A DNA stretch of 63,625 bases, filler included, from Chiloscyllium plagiosum (taxonomy: Eukaryota), in NCBI RefSeq assembly GCF_004010195.1. It is 6 parts of 2 records of this genome, joined end to end, with 100 filler letters (N's around TTAATTAATTAA, not from the genome) between each part and the next. Parts side by side here need not be neighbours in the genome. Positions count along the whole stretch, not along the records: positions 50,158 to 57,964 come from NC_057711.1; positions 58,065 to 61,180 come from NC_057711.1; positions 61,281 to 63,625 come from NC_057711.1; 3 more parts are not named here. One strand, written 5' to 3'. The notes under the pieces are model-generated. The model searched no databases. It saw only the letters and a program-made list of their open reading frames with translations, and was not told the origin of the DNA. The translations under genes were made by a program, and so were the position numbers. Shown piece by piece: positions 50,651 through 62,860 of this stretch (its first letter is position 1; each line of letters opens with the position of its first letter).

Positions 50651-51476
50651 GGGTGGATCCTTTAGGACAGACACGAGGAGACATTTCTTCACCCAAAGAG
50701 CGGTGAGCCTGTGGAATTCATTGCTACAGGAGGTAGTTGATGCCAAAACATTGAATATATTCAAGGGCTGGCTAGATAGAGCATTTGGGGCAAATGGGAC
50801 CAAAGGTTATGGGGACAATGCAGAATTAGGCTATTGAGTTGGTGTCCATGTGCATCAATCCCTCAAAGTTGCCACCCAGGTTGATCGGGTTGTTTAGAAG
50901 GCGTACGGTATGTTAGGTTTTATTGGTAGCGAGATTGAGTTTCAGAGCCGTGAGGTCATGTTGCAGCTCTTCAGAACTCTGGTGCAGCCGCATTTGGAGT
51001 ACAACGTACAGTTCTGGTCACTGCATGGAAGAATGTGGATGCATTGGAAAGGGTACAGATTTACCAGGATGTTGCCTGGTATGGAGGGAAGGTCTTATGA
51101 GGAGAGGCTGAGGGGCTTTAGGCTGTTTTCGTTGGAGAGAACAAGGTTAAGATGTGACTTAACAGAGACACATAAGATAATCAGAGGGTTAGACAGGGTG
51201 GTGATGGCTAACACCAAGGGATTTCGCTTTAATTTGAGGGGTGATAGATATAGGACAGATGTCCGAAGTAGGTTCTTTACTCAGAGTAGTAAGGGCATGG
51301 AACGCACAGCCTGCAACAATAGTCGACTTCCCAGCTTTAAAGGCATTTAAATGGTCATTGGATAAACATATGGATGATAATGGAATAGTGCAGATTAGAT
51401 GGGCTTCAGATTGGTTTCACATGTCGGCGCAACATTGAATACCGAAGGACCTGTACTGCACTGTAATGTTCTATGT
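50651..51476 (+). mobile_element. Composite CR1 3' fragments
   Basis: ORF 50910..51350 and tail aatgttctatgtt. Confidence 0.88.
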
Positions 51477-52087
51477 TAACATATCATTTGCCTTCTTGAC
51501 TGTCTACTGCACCTGCATACCTTCCTTCAGTGACTGGTACATAAGGGCACCCGCGTCCTGCTGCACACTCCCCTCTCCCAATTTACAGGCATTTGGGGAG
51601 TAATCTACCTTCGAGGAGCTATCAGACCTTTTAGTATTCTCTCAATTTCATCCTTTGTGGGACACATGAGGGGTTTAGTTTTCTTCTCCTCCTCTGAATT
51701 CATAAGCTTCTGACAACAGGTCAGAGGCGAGTAATCCTGCTGTGTGACACTTCCCCCCTGATTCTCCAAAGCTGGTCTGTCATCTACAAAGCACAAGTAA
51801 GAGGTTTGGTAGAATACTCCTCACTTGCCTGGGAGTGTGCAGCTTCGATGATACCCATGAAGCTTGATTCACACCTTATCCACTGCCTTAAATCATTGTG
51901 ATTGTTATGGTAGTCAGCACATCACTCTGTGTTGTCTAAAAGGTGCACTGCTGCAATTTGTCAAGGCTCCACATTAGCAGTTTTCAAACCTTTGACGTGA
52001 AGTACTACATTGGCATAGTAAGGACAGCAGATACACAGGTCATCATAACCTGCTAGTTCCTCTCCAAAACACTCACCATCTGACTTG

Positions 52088-52815
52088 TGTTATGAAGTTG
52101 AAAGATTGTGGCAGCACACGTGTCTGAGACTAATTGACATGTGCAGAGTGTGCTGAGAATGTAACCATTAGCTTGGGATTGTGTTTTGATGTTAAGGCAA
52201 CCGGATTTGAATTTAACCAATTGAATTAAATGCCCAGAATACCAAAAAATCAATTGAATTTGGATTTTATTGTACTGACAGCATCGGACCAATGCAAGGG
52301 TACAATGTTGGGTTGTAAAAACGAAGATTAGTCAGAGCCAACTGCCACCCGAAGAAATAAACATCTTGCTCTCAAAATAAATCTCTTAGAAGGCATAATC
52401 TATTAAAGGTATCAAGAAATTGTATACAAAGGCATTCGCAGAAAAACCTAAGACAATGACCCAGGGAGAAGACAGTAGAATTGAAAGGACAGAATGAAGA
52501 CAATATAAGAGAGTGTATGGACTTTGAGAGATTAAGTTGATTTAATGTTTAATAATTGTATAATTGGAGCAGCATTCCCAAAGAATTGGGGCCAGGTAGT
52601 GATTAGTTCACAAAAATGGGGCTCGGATTTGTTAATAGCTTCTGTTTAGTGCTCACTGTTAGAGTTAGGAAAATAAATAGTGTATTTTTTTTGAACAGTG
52701 GAAATCAGGGATTTTCTTTCACTCACTCACACTTTTACAAGATTACAAGGCGAGGCGAACTTTTCTGTGATGTTACTTTGAATTAGCAGAGGGGTTCAAC
52801 CTCTATATCGTGATA
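52088..52815 (+). mobile_element. Solo LTR candidate, 728 bp, 4-bp TSD
   Basis: Starts TGTTATGA, ends tcgtgata, TSD cttg at 52084-52087 and 52816-52819. Removing it restores the host repeat (accatctgacttg|gaag). Confidence 0.68.
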
Positions 52816-53157
52816 CTTGGAAGTAAATCACTGATCCTTCACTGTGGGTGGCTCAAAATCCTCTGATCCCACAGTATTGTTGGTGTGTAACAGTTCGAGA
52901 AAGCAGCTCACAACCACCTTGCTAACAGCAAATAGGAAAGGGTCATAAATGCCAGCCCAGCCAACAGTACCGACATCTTGTAAATGAAAAAAAGAGATGA
53001 TGACAGTGGTTGTGATGGAAAAGTTTGAGTTTAGTTTTTGTTTAACAATCTGATATCCTTGATTTTGCAGGCTGAGGCTGGCTGGTTTAGCCAGCGATGT
53101 AGGAAGATAAATCACTCAAAGAGTTCTCTTTCCTTCCTTGTTCCCTCATTTCTGCAG

Positions 53158-53176
53158 TTCACCTTCTCTGAAGATG
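53158..53176 (+). other. Candidate 19-nt micro-exon ending in ATG
   Basis: About 30 nt of pyrimidine tract with CAG acceptor (53155-53157) and donor ATG|GTAAGT, in non-repeat sequence. Confidence 0.45.
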
Positions 53177-53564
53177 GTAAGTAAAATGCAAAAAAATCAC
53201 CATGGGCTAGAGGGCAATACCGAATAGTTAGTTATATCTCTCTGTACAGAGCTTGTCCGTTGACTTCACCGCCTCCAAGTCACATGATGGAAGCCAACCA
53301 TAACCTGACTTTGACTTGCAAATCAGGTGGAGACTGTCACTGTTGAGTTGGATCAAGTAAGCACCGTGTGGTGGAGCAGTAACAATCCACAAGGAATTGT
53401 ATTGTGTGGGTGATATATCTCATATTGGAAAGGCTGGATACCAAAATATGAGGAGGCATCCCTTTCACTTGTTGCCCTGTGATCTCAGAATCGTGGAAGT
53501 GTTATGGATCAGAAGATGACTGTTTGCCCTTTGTGACTGCACTGGCTCTTCTAACCCTAACCTT

Positions 53565-54400
53565 TACAAAGAATAATACAGCATAGGAACAGCCTTTTTG
53601 GCACTCCAAGCCTGTGGTGCCACATTTTGCCTTTGCGTACTAAAACTGTCTTTATTTACAGGATGTGAATACCTCTCTTCCCTTCCTATTCATACATTTG
53701 TCCAGGTACCTTTGTCCCCTAGTAATTGACGCCTTCACCCTGGGAAAAAGCCTCATACTTTCCATTCTCTCCATGCCATTCACAATCTTATGAACTTCTA
53801 TTAGGTCACCCCTCACCTCCTGCATTCTCGTGAAAACCCAGTCTATCCAACCTTTCTTGGTTAAACTCCTCCTGGTCAACCTTTTCTGTACCCTTTCTAA
53901 AGCATCCACGTCCTTCTAGTAATTTGACCAGAACTGTACGCAATGTTCAAAGTGTGGCCTAACTAGAGTTCTGTAAAGCTGCAGCATAACTGATCTATCC
54001 TTCTACTCAGTGCCTCTTCCAATGAAGGCAATTATGCCAGAAGCCTTTTTTACTCCCTTATTTACCTACTTGTGTTGCCACCTTTAGTGATTTGTGGATC
54101 CCTCTTCATATCAATACTCCTAAAGGTTCTGGCATTTGCTGTATAATTTCCACCTGTACTTGACCTTCCTAAGTTCATTACCTCACATTTGTCTGGATTA
54201 AACTGTATCCACTTTTTTTCTACCCATGCCTCCAACTGATCTATATCCTGCTGTATCCTCTGACAGTTCTCCACACTAACTGCAACTCCACCAGACTGTG
54301 TTTCTTTTACAAACTTACCAGTTAGACCAGCCACGTTTTCTTCTTAGTCATTTATGTAGACCACAAATGGCAGACGTCCCAGCGCTGACCCCGGTGGAAT
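53565..54400 (-). mobile_element. CR1 LINE 3' fragment
   Basis: ORFs 53652..53909 and 54062..54334. Confidence 0.85.
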
Positions 54401-54409
54401 TCATGGTAT

Positions 54410-57005
54410 TCGGCTAATTTTGACAGAATTATGCAAGAAGTTACAAAAACTGGGGGCAAATGTTCGCAGGTGAAGGGATGGCTGAAAAATGGGAAGCCTT
54501 GAGAAATGAGATAACGAGAATGCAGAGACAGTACATTCCTGTTCGGGTGAAAGGAAAGGCTGGCACATTTGGGAATGCTGGATGACAAGAGAAATTGAGG
54601 TTTTGGTTAAGGAAAAGAAGGAAGCACATGTCTGGTGCAGACAGGAGAGACCGATGAATCCTTACAGAACAAAGGCATTACGGGTACACCTAAGAGGAAA
54701 ATCAGGAGGGCAGAAAGGGGACATGAGATAGCTTTGGCAAATAGGGTTAAGGCAAACCTCCGAAGGGTTTTTAAAATGGCATTAAGGACAAAAGGGTAAC
54801 TGGGGAGAGAAGAGGGCCCCTATGTGAGATAGGAGATAGAGGAGATACTAAACAAATATTTTGCATCAGTGTTTACTATGGAGAAGAACATGAAAGATAT
54901 GGAATGTGGGGAAATAGATGGTGACATCTTGAAAAATGACCATATTACAGAGGAGGAATTGCTGGATGTCTTGAAACACAAAAAGGTGGATAAATGATCA
55001 GTTTCTGTGGGAAGCTAGGGAAGTGATTGCTGGCCCCTTTGCTGAGATATTTGTATCATCGATAGTCACAGGTGAGGTGTTGGAAGACCGGAGGTTGGCT
55101 AGCATGGTGTCCCTATTTAAGAAAGGTGATAAGGACAAGGCAGGGAATTAATAGACCGATGAGCCTGACGTCAGTGGTGGGCAAGTTGTTGGCGGAATCT
55201 GAGGGACAGGATTTACATGTACTTGGAAAGGCAAGGACTGATCAGGGATAGTCAACATGGCTTTGTCCGTAGGGAATCATATCTCACAAACTTGATTGAG
55301 TTTTTTGAGCAAGTAACAAATAGGATTCGGTAAAAATAATGACTGCAGATGCTGGAAACCAGATTCTGGATTAGTGGTGCTGGAAGAGCACAGCAATTCA
55401 GGCAGCATCCGACAAGCCGCAAAATGATGCTGCCTGAATTGCTGTGCTCTTCCAGCACCACTGATCCAGAAACAAATAGGATTGATGAGGGCAGAGATCC
55501 AGAAACAAATAGGATTGATGAGGGCAGAGCTGTAGGTGTGATCTATATGGAGTTCATTAAGGTGTTCGACAAGGTTCCTCATGGGAGACTGGTTAGCAAG
55601 GGTAGATCTCCTGGAATACAGGGAGAACTAGCCATTTGGATACAGAGGGTGGTGGTGGAGGGTTGCTTTTTAGACTGGAGGCCTGTGACCAGTGGTGTGC
55701 CACAAGGATCAGTGCTGGGTCCACAACTATTGGTCATTTATATAAATGATTTTGATGTGCTGAGAAATATAGCTAGTAACTTTGCAGATGACACCAAAAT
55801 TGGAGATATAGTGGACAGCGAAGAAGTTTACCTCAGAGTACAACGGGATCTTGATCAGACAGGCCAGGGAGTGGAGTTTAATCTTGCTAAGTGTGAGTTG
55901 CAGCATTTTGGAAAACCAAATCTTAGCAGGACGTTTCCACTTAATGGTAAGGTCCTGAGTAGTGTTGCTGAATTAAGAGACCTTGGAGTGCAGATTCATA
56001 GCTCCTTCAATGACAAGTTGCAGGTAGAAAGGGTAGTGAAGAAGTTGTTTGGTATACTTTCCTTTATTGGTCAGAGCATTGAGTATAGGAGTTGGGGGAG
56101 GTCGTGTTGTGGTAGTTTAGGACATTGGTTAGGCTACTGTTGGAATATTGCGTGCAATTCTGGTCTCCTTCCTATCAGAGGGATGTTGTGAAAGTTGAAA
56201 GGTTTCAGAGAAGATTTACAATGATGTTGCCAGGGTTGGAGGATTTAAGCTACAGGGAGAGGCTGAAAGGGTGGGACTATTTTCCCTGGAGCATTGGAGG
56301 CTGAGGGGTGACCTTGTAGAGGTTTATAAAATCGTGAGGGACATGGATAGGATAAATAGGCAAGTTCTTTTCCCCGGTGGAGTCCAGAACTAAAGGACAT
56401 AGGTTTCGGGTGAGAATTAGATTACATTACTGTGTGGAAACAGGCCCTTCGGCCCAACAAATCCACACCGACCCGCCGAAGCGCAACCCACCCATACCCC
56501 TACATTTACCCCTTACCTAACACTAGGGCAATTTAGCACGGCCAATTCAACTGACCTGCACATCTTTGGACTGTGGGAGGAAACCGGAGCACCCGGAGGA
56601 AACCCACGCAGACACAGCGAGAACGTGCAAACTCCACACAGTCAGTTGCCTGAGGCGGGAATTGAACCCGGGTCTCTGGCGCTGTGAGGCAGCAGTGCTA
56701 ACCACTGTGCCACCGTGCCGCCTACAAAGGAACAGAAGGAACAGATATAAAAAGGACACCAAAGGGGCAACTTTTTCACGCAGAGGGTGATGTGTAGATG
56801 GAATGAACTGCCATAGGAAGTGGTGGCAACTGGTACAATTACGGTATTTAAAAGACATCTGGATGGGTATATGAAATAGGTAGGGTTTAGAGGGGTATGG
56901 GCCAGGTGCTGGCAAATGGGTCTAGATTACCTCAGGATATCTGGTTGGCATGGACAAGTTGAACCAAAGAGTCTGTTTCTGTGCTGTGCATCTCTATGAC
57001 TCTAT
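54410..57005 (+). mobile_element. CR1 LINE ORF2 (~2.2 kb net), interrupted by a pLTR hairpin (55328-55470) and an HE1 SINE
   Basis: VTSGVPQGSVLGP..NFADDTK. Tail ctctatgactctat. Confidence 0.92.
56416..56721 (-). mobile_element. HE1-type V-SINE, full length
   Basis: Near-identical to 27848-28169. Confidence 0.9.
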
Positions 57006-57964
57006 AAACCCTCCATTCCAAAAAGCATCCTTCCACTGTTATTTTCTGTCTCCTATCACTAAACCAGTTCTGTATCCATCTTGCCAGCTCACCTCGATAC
57101 CAGGTGACTTCATCTTTTTTATAATCTGCCATGAGAGACCTGTCGAAGGCTTTACTGAAGTCCATGTAGACAAGAACAGCCACTTTTACTTCTTCAGTCG
57201 TCTTCATCACCTCCACAAAACTTGATCGTTAGTGAGGCACGACGTCCCCTGCACAAACCATGTTGTCTATCGCTAATAAGTCAACTCACTTCGAAATGCG
57301 TACAGACCTTGTCCCTGAGAATCTTTTCTAATAATTTCACCACCACTGAGCGTCTCACAGGCCTATAATTTCTCAGATTATCCCTGCTAACCTTTTTAAA
57401 CAATGGGCCAACATTGAGAATTCTCCTGTCCTCTGGGACCTCACCTGTGGCCATCATGGATGCAACGGTGTCTGTGAAGTAATGTGTTTTTATGCCTTCC
57501 TCAATATACTGGGATAGATCCCAACAGGACCAAGGGACTTAACTATCTTAATACATTTTAAGACAGACAGCACCTCTTCTTTTTTAATAGCAACTTGTCT
57601 TAGAAACTCAACGCTCTCTTCCCTGAGACCATACTCTACCTTCTCTTGGTGAATACCGACACAAAGTATTAACATAGAACATTACAGCACAGTACAGGCC
57701 CTTCGGCCCTCGATGCTGCGCCGCCCTGTCATACTAATCTGAAGCCCATCCCACCTGCACTATTCCATGTATGTCCATATGCCTGTCCAATGACGACTTA
57801 AATGCACTTAAACTTGGCAAATCTACTACTGTTGCAGGCAAAGCATTCCATGCCCTTACTACTCTCTGAGTAAAGAAACTACCTCTGACATCTGTCTTAT
57901 ACCTATCTCCCCTCACTTTAAAGTTGTGTCCCCTCGTGTTTGCCGTCCCCATACTTGGAAAAAG
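57006..57964 (-). mobile_element. CR1 fragments (internal ORF2 57006-57670; 3' end 57671-57964)
   Basis: VYMDFSKAFD; RGHNFKVRGDRY..FFTQRVVRAWNALP. Confidence 0.87.
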
Positions 57965-58064
57965 NNNNNNNNNNNNNNNNNNNNNNNNNNNNNNNNNNNN
58001 NNNNNNNNTTAATTAATTAANNNNNNNNNNNNNNNNNNNNNNNNNNNNNNNNNNNNNNNNNNNN
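57965..58064. other. Artificial scaffold spacer
   Basis: 44 N + TTAATTAATTAA + 44 N. Confidence 0.97.
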
Positions 58065-58071
58065 CTGCCTG

Positions 58072-58200
58072 CCTTGCTGTGTCCCTCTCCCTCCTGATGC
58101 TGCATCCCTTGCTGTGTCCCTCTCCCTCCTGATGCTGCATCCCTTGCTATGTGTGTGTTCTCCCTCCTGATGCTGATTGCTTGCTGTGTTGTTCCAGCAT
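58072..58200. repeat. 35-bp tandem repeat (about 3 units) derived from a pLTR-like terminus
   Basis: Unit ccttgctgtgtccctctccctcctgatgctgcatc. Confidence 0.75.
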
Positions 58201-58469
58201 CCATTTCGCTGCATGGCTGGTTTGTGATACAAAGTGACACCAACAGGCATGAGTCGAACTGCCTCACTGGTTGAGGTTACAATGAAGGGATTTCTTCTTG
58301 ACCTCTCCCCTCGCCTGGCGTCTGTACACGTGTTGTTTAAACAGCTGCTTGATGTCTCTGTCTCTCTCTCTCTCTCTCTTTCTGATCAGAAAGCAGCCAA
58401 TGGTCTGTTCGGACTTTGTTGACTTTACATTTAGTTGCTGCACATTTAGAAATGCACCCTCTGATCATG

Positions 58470-61030
58470 CAGGGTCAGCATGGGTTCATGAAGGGGAAAT
58501 CAGTTTACAAGAATTCGTTGCAGAGGTAATAAACAGGATGGGTAAAGGGAAAGCAGTGCATGTAATATATTTGGACTTTCAGAATGTACTTGATAGGATA
58601 TGACACATCAGGTTACTTAATGAGAACTGATGGTGTTGGGGAAGTGAATTCGCATGGATCGAGGATTCGAGTGGTGCTGGAAAAGCACAGCAGGTCAGGC
58701 AGCATCCAAGGAGCAGGAAAGTCCACGTTTCAGGCAAAAGCCCTTCATCAGGAATAGATCATCAGGAATGGATAGATAATTGGTAAACCAATGGAAGGTA
58801 GAGAGTGGGATAAGGGGTCATTTTCAGAATGACATTTGTCATGAGTTGTTATGAAGGAGTGCCACGAGGATCAGTGCTTGTGCCACAATTATTTACCATC
58901 TACATTAACAACCAGATGCTGAAAGTGAATGAATTCACGATAGCAAAGTTGTTGTTGATGCAAAAATATTTGGGAAGGCAAGTGGTGAGGATGACACAGC
59001 CAGTCTGCTGAGGGATTTGGACAAGTTAAGAGAGTGACTGAAAACTTGGCAGGTAGAATATAATGTGGGGAAATGTGAGGTTATGGTCTTTGACAGGGGT
59101 TGTAGAGGATCTGAATAATATTTAAATGGAGAAAGACTGAGACAAGCTACAGCACAGAAGAATTTGGGAGTCTTTGTCCAAGAATTCAGGTTCAGCGACT
59201 AATATAGCAAGTAGTCAGAATATTGAACTTTAAAATAAAGGGAATGGAATATAAAAGTAGATGGCTTTGCTGAAACTATACAAGACACTAGTCAGGCCAC
59301 AACTGGAATACTGTGAGTAGCTTTAGGCCCAGGAAAGATGTACTGGCAGCACAGGGAATCCAGAGAACTTGCACTGTGCTGATACTGCTCATAGAAGGAC
59401 TGTCTGATGAGGAGAGGTTGAGTAGGTTGGGTCTGTACTCATTAGACTTTTGAATAATGAGAGGTGACCTTCTTGAAAGTGCACAAGATTCTTCATGGAC
59501 TTGACAGGATAAATGTGAAAAGACTGTTTCTCCAGGTGGGAGAGGCTGTAGCAGATGGCATCATCGGAGACTGAGATGAGGAGGAATTTCTTCCGTCAGA
59601 GGGCTGTGGATTTGTGGGACTCTTTATCACAGAGGGCTGTTGATGCTGGGTCGTTAAAATATGCAAGGCTGAGACAGACAGATTTTTAATCACTAATGGA
59701 GTCAGGGATTATGGGAAATAGGCAGGAATATGGAGTTGTGGATTATAGAGTCACAGAGTCATACAAAACAGGGACACAACCTTTGGTCCAGCTTGACCAG
59801 GCCAGCCAGGTTTCCTGACGTGAACTAGTCCCAATTGCTTGTGTTTGGCCCATTCCCTCTAAACCTTTCCTATTCATGTACCTGCCCAGTTATGATGTAA
59901 TTGAATAGCAGAGTTTGCTTGATGGGCTGAATGGCTTATTTATGCATCTGATGGTGTCAAAGTGAAACAGAAAGTGTACGATGCTGTAATCTTACTGATT
60001 GCGCAGAAGAGTAAGAGAAGGAGAGATCAGAGCATAAGGAAAAACCTGTAAGAGTCCTAAACTAGACGGCATAGGTTAGGGTGAAAGGAGAAAGGTTTAA
60101 AAGGGACCTAAGGGACAACTTTAGGTAGAGGGTGGTGTGTGTATGGAATGAGCTGCCAGAGGAAGTGGTGGAAGTTGTTACAATTACAACATTTAAAGGG
60201 TATCTGGATGGGTATATGAATAGGAAGGGGTTAGAGGCATATGGGCCAAATGCTGGTAAATGAACTAGATTAATTTGGGATATCTGGTCGGCATAGCTGA
60301 GTTGGACCAAGGAGTCTGTTTCTATGACTCTATAAGTTTGAAAGTGGACAGTAAAAGTTCTCCTAATATAGGAAAAGAGAAGTAGCTAAATTGAGCATTG
60401 ATCTATCTGTGAATGGAACTGGGGAGCGAGTAATGGGAAATGGCTGAGTCTTTGACCGTGCAACTAAGGGACAGAGAAAAACAATCATGATTGCTAGAGA
60501 AAAAGTATTAGGAAAACATTTGGATCTTAATGTTGACAAGTCCCAGGACCTGCTGGTCCGCATCCTCGGGTCTTGAAATAAATGGCTACTAAGCAGTTGC
60601 ATTGTTTGTAATCTTTCAAAATGCCATTTAATCTGAAAAAGTACCAGTGAAGAAACTACAGAACAGTCAGTCTAACATCTCTTATGGGAAAATGTGAACA
60701 TCCATTGTTAAGAAGGTAGTAGCAGGAAACTGAGAAAACCATAATTCAATTAAGCAAAGTCAACAGGGTTTTGTAAATGGGAAAATGATTTTGAAAACTT
60801 AATTTTTTTTGAGGATGTAACGTGTAGGGTAGAAAAAGGGACTCAGTAAACGTAATCTATTTGGAGTTTGAAAATGCAATCAATAAGGTGTCATATAAAA
60901 GACCACGAACGTTACGTATATCTGTTTTGGGGGCTGATATATGAGCATGGGTAAAGGGGTGGCTGACTGTCAGGAAACAGACAGTTGTGATAAATATGTC
61001 ATTTTCAGGTTGGTAAACTGTAACTAAGTT
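58470..61030 (+). mobile_element. Old CR1 fragments with nested pLTR piece (~58660-58755, minus) and younger CR1 3' ends
   Basis: VIYLDFQNVLD, GVPRGSVLVPQLFTIYIN, CR1 tails. Confidence 0.8.
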
Positions 61031-61180
61031 TACCAACCTGAGTGCGAAGCAGCAGCAGCTAAGGTAAGACAGTTTGTTTTAAAATTACTTACCGGTAGCG
61101 GGCAGCGGTGTTTTTTTCTCTCTTCACAGAAAGAGCGGGAGCAGCAGGGGGAAGTGACGAAGACCGGAGGGGCAGCCGGG

Positions 61181-61280
61181 NNNNNNNNNNNNNNNNNNNN
61201 NNNNNNNNNNNNNNNNNNNNNNNNTTAATTAATTAANNNNNNNNNNNNNNNNNNNNNNNNNNNNNNNNNNNNNNNNNNNN
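61181..61280. other. Artificial scaffold spacer
   Basis: 44 N + TTAATTAATTAA + 44 N. Confidence 0.97.
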
Positions 61281-61972
61281 GGGTGAGAGGGGAAAGATAT
61301 AAAAGAGACCTAAGGGGCAACTTTTTCACTCAGAGGGTGGTACGTGTATGGAATGAGCTGCCAGAGGATGTGGTGGAGGCTGGTACAATTGCAACATTTA
61401 AGAGGCATTTGGATGGGTATATGAATAAGAAGGGTTTGGAGGGATATGGGTCGGGTGCTGGCAGGTGGGATTAGATTAGGTTGGGATATCTGTCGGCGTA
61501 GACGGGTTGGACCGAAGGGTCTGTTTCCATGTTGTACATCTCTATGACTCTATAAAGGTTGGATATACTAGGTTTGTTTTCACTAGAACGCAGCAAGTTG
61601 ACAGGCGACCTGATAGAAGTTTATAAGATTGTAAATGGTATGGATAGAGGGGAAAGTATGAGGTTTTTACCAAGGGTGGAGGGGTCGATTACTAGGTGAC
61701 ACAGGTGCGAGGGGGAAAGCTTAAAAGAGGTGTGTTAGGCAAGTCTTTCACACAAAGGGTGGTGAGTGCCTCTTGCCAGAAGAGGTGGTGGAAACAGTTA
61801 CCATAGCAGCATTCAAGAAGCACTTGGGAAAATACATGAATAGGAAGGGCCTAGAGGGATATGGATCCTGTGAATGAAGACAGTTTTGGTATGGAAGGAC
61901 AAAATGGGTTAGTGCAGGTTTGGAGCACTGTAGAGCCTATTTCTATGCTGTATTGTTCTCTTTGTTCTTTGT
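61281..61972 (+). mobile_element. Two consecutive CR1 3' ends
   Basis: RGNFFTQRVVRVWNELP and two distinct tails. Confidence 0.88.
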
Positions 61973-62662
61973 TCACTGTTCACATGTCACATATGATGTA
62001 GTGTCCTCAGAACTCTGTCTTTCAAGTTGTAATATAGTGCGAAAGGATATGATAATCAGATAGTGATTTATAGCATGATGTAACAGCAATGTCAAATGTT
62101 ACATGAAATTTTCCTCATCACACTATAGAAATTGCAATATATGGAAGCAAAGTAAACACAAAGTACTGAATACAGGACGACTGTAACATCTAACCAACCT
62201 CAGTCTGAACTCAGCCAATGTTGACAAAAACTAGGATCAGAAATCTTATGGTGACACATCTCAAAGCTTTAGCAGTGAAAGAAATCTGGGTTTTGCATGA
62301 CATGATGTTCCTGAGCTTTAAACCAACATAGCCTCTGGCTTATTGTGTGTGATACTACAGGAAATTTGCTAAAATATTATTTTAAAAATATATATACAGG
62401 GGCCAAATGTCAGGCAAGTAATCATATTTTGAGGATCAGATGATTGTAAACAGCTTGACTACTGTTTCCATTCTTTGCAATATTCTGTGAGGAGTGTTCT
62501 GTTGAATCCTGTGCTATTTATTGCATACATAAGGAAAATATTCCTTTCTTCCAGATAGTTTTAGAATGTAAGCTTCAAACTCCAGCCAAGGCATATTCTT
62601 GGATGTGAGTGGATTGACACGTAACTGTTCTAGATTCAAGGATTGACTCCATTTACAGATAG

Positions 62663-62860
62663 GAGAAAGTGAGGACTGCAGATGCTGGAGACCAGAGCTG
62701 AAAAATGTGGTGCTGGTAAAACACAACAGGCCAGGCAGCATCCGAGGAGGAGGAGAATTGACGTTTCGGGTATAAGCCCTTCTTCAGAAGAAAGGCTTAT
62801 GCCCGAAACTTCGATTCTCCTGCTCCTTGGATGCTGCCTGACCTGCTGTGTTTTTCCAGC
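62663..62860. mobile_element. 198-bp fold-back Penelope-like pLTR element with 17-bp TSD
   Basis: TSD actccatttacagatag at 62646-62662 and 62861-62877. Internal inverted repeat centred near 62785. Confidence 0.88.

Noticed and set aside
58072..58200. CRISPR-like array (also considered for 40550-40880)
   Set aside because: Eukaryotic tandem repeats without unique spacers or cas genes.
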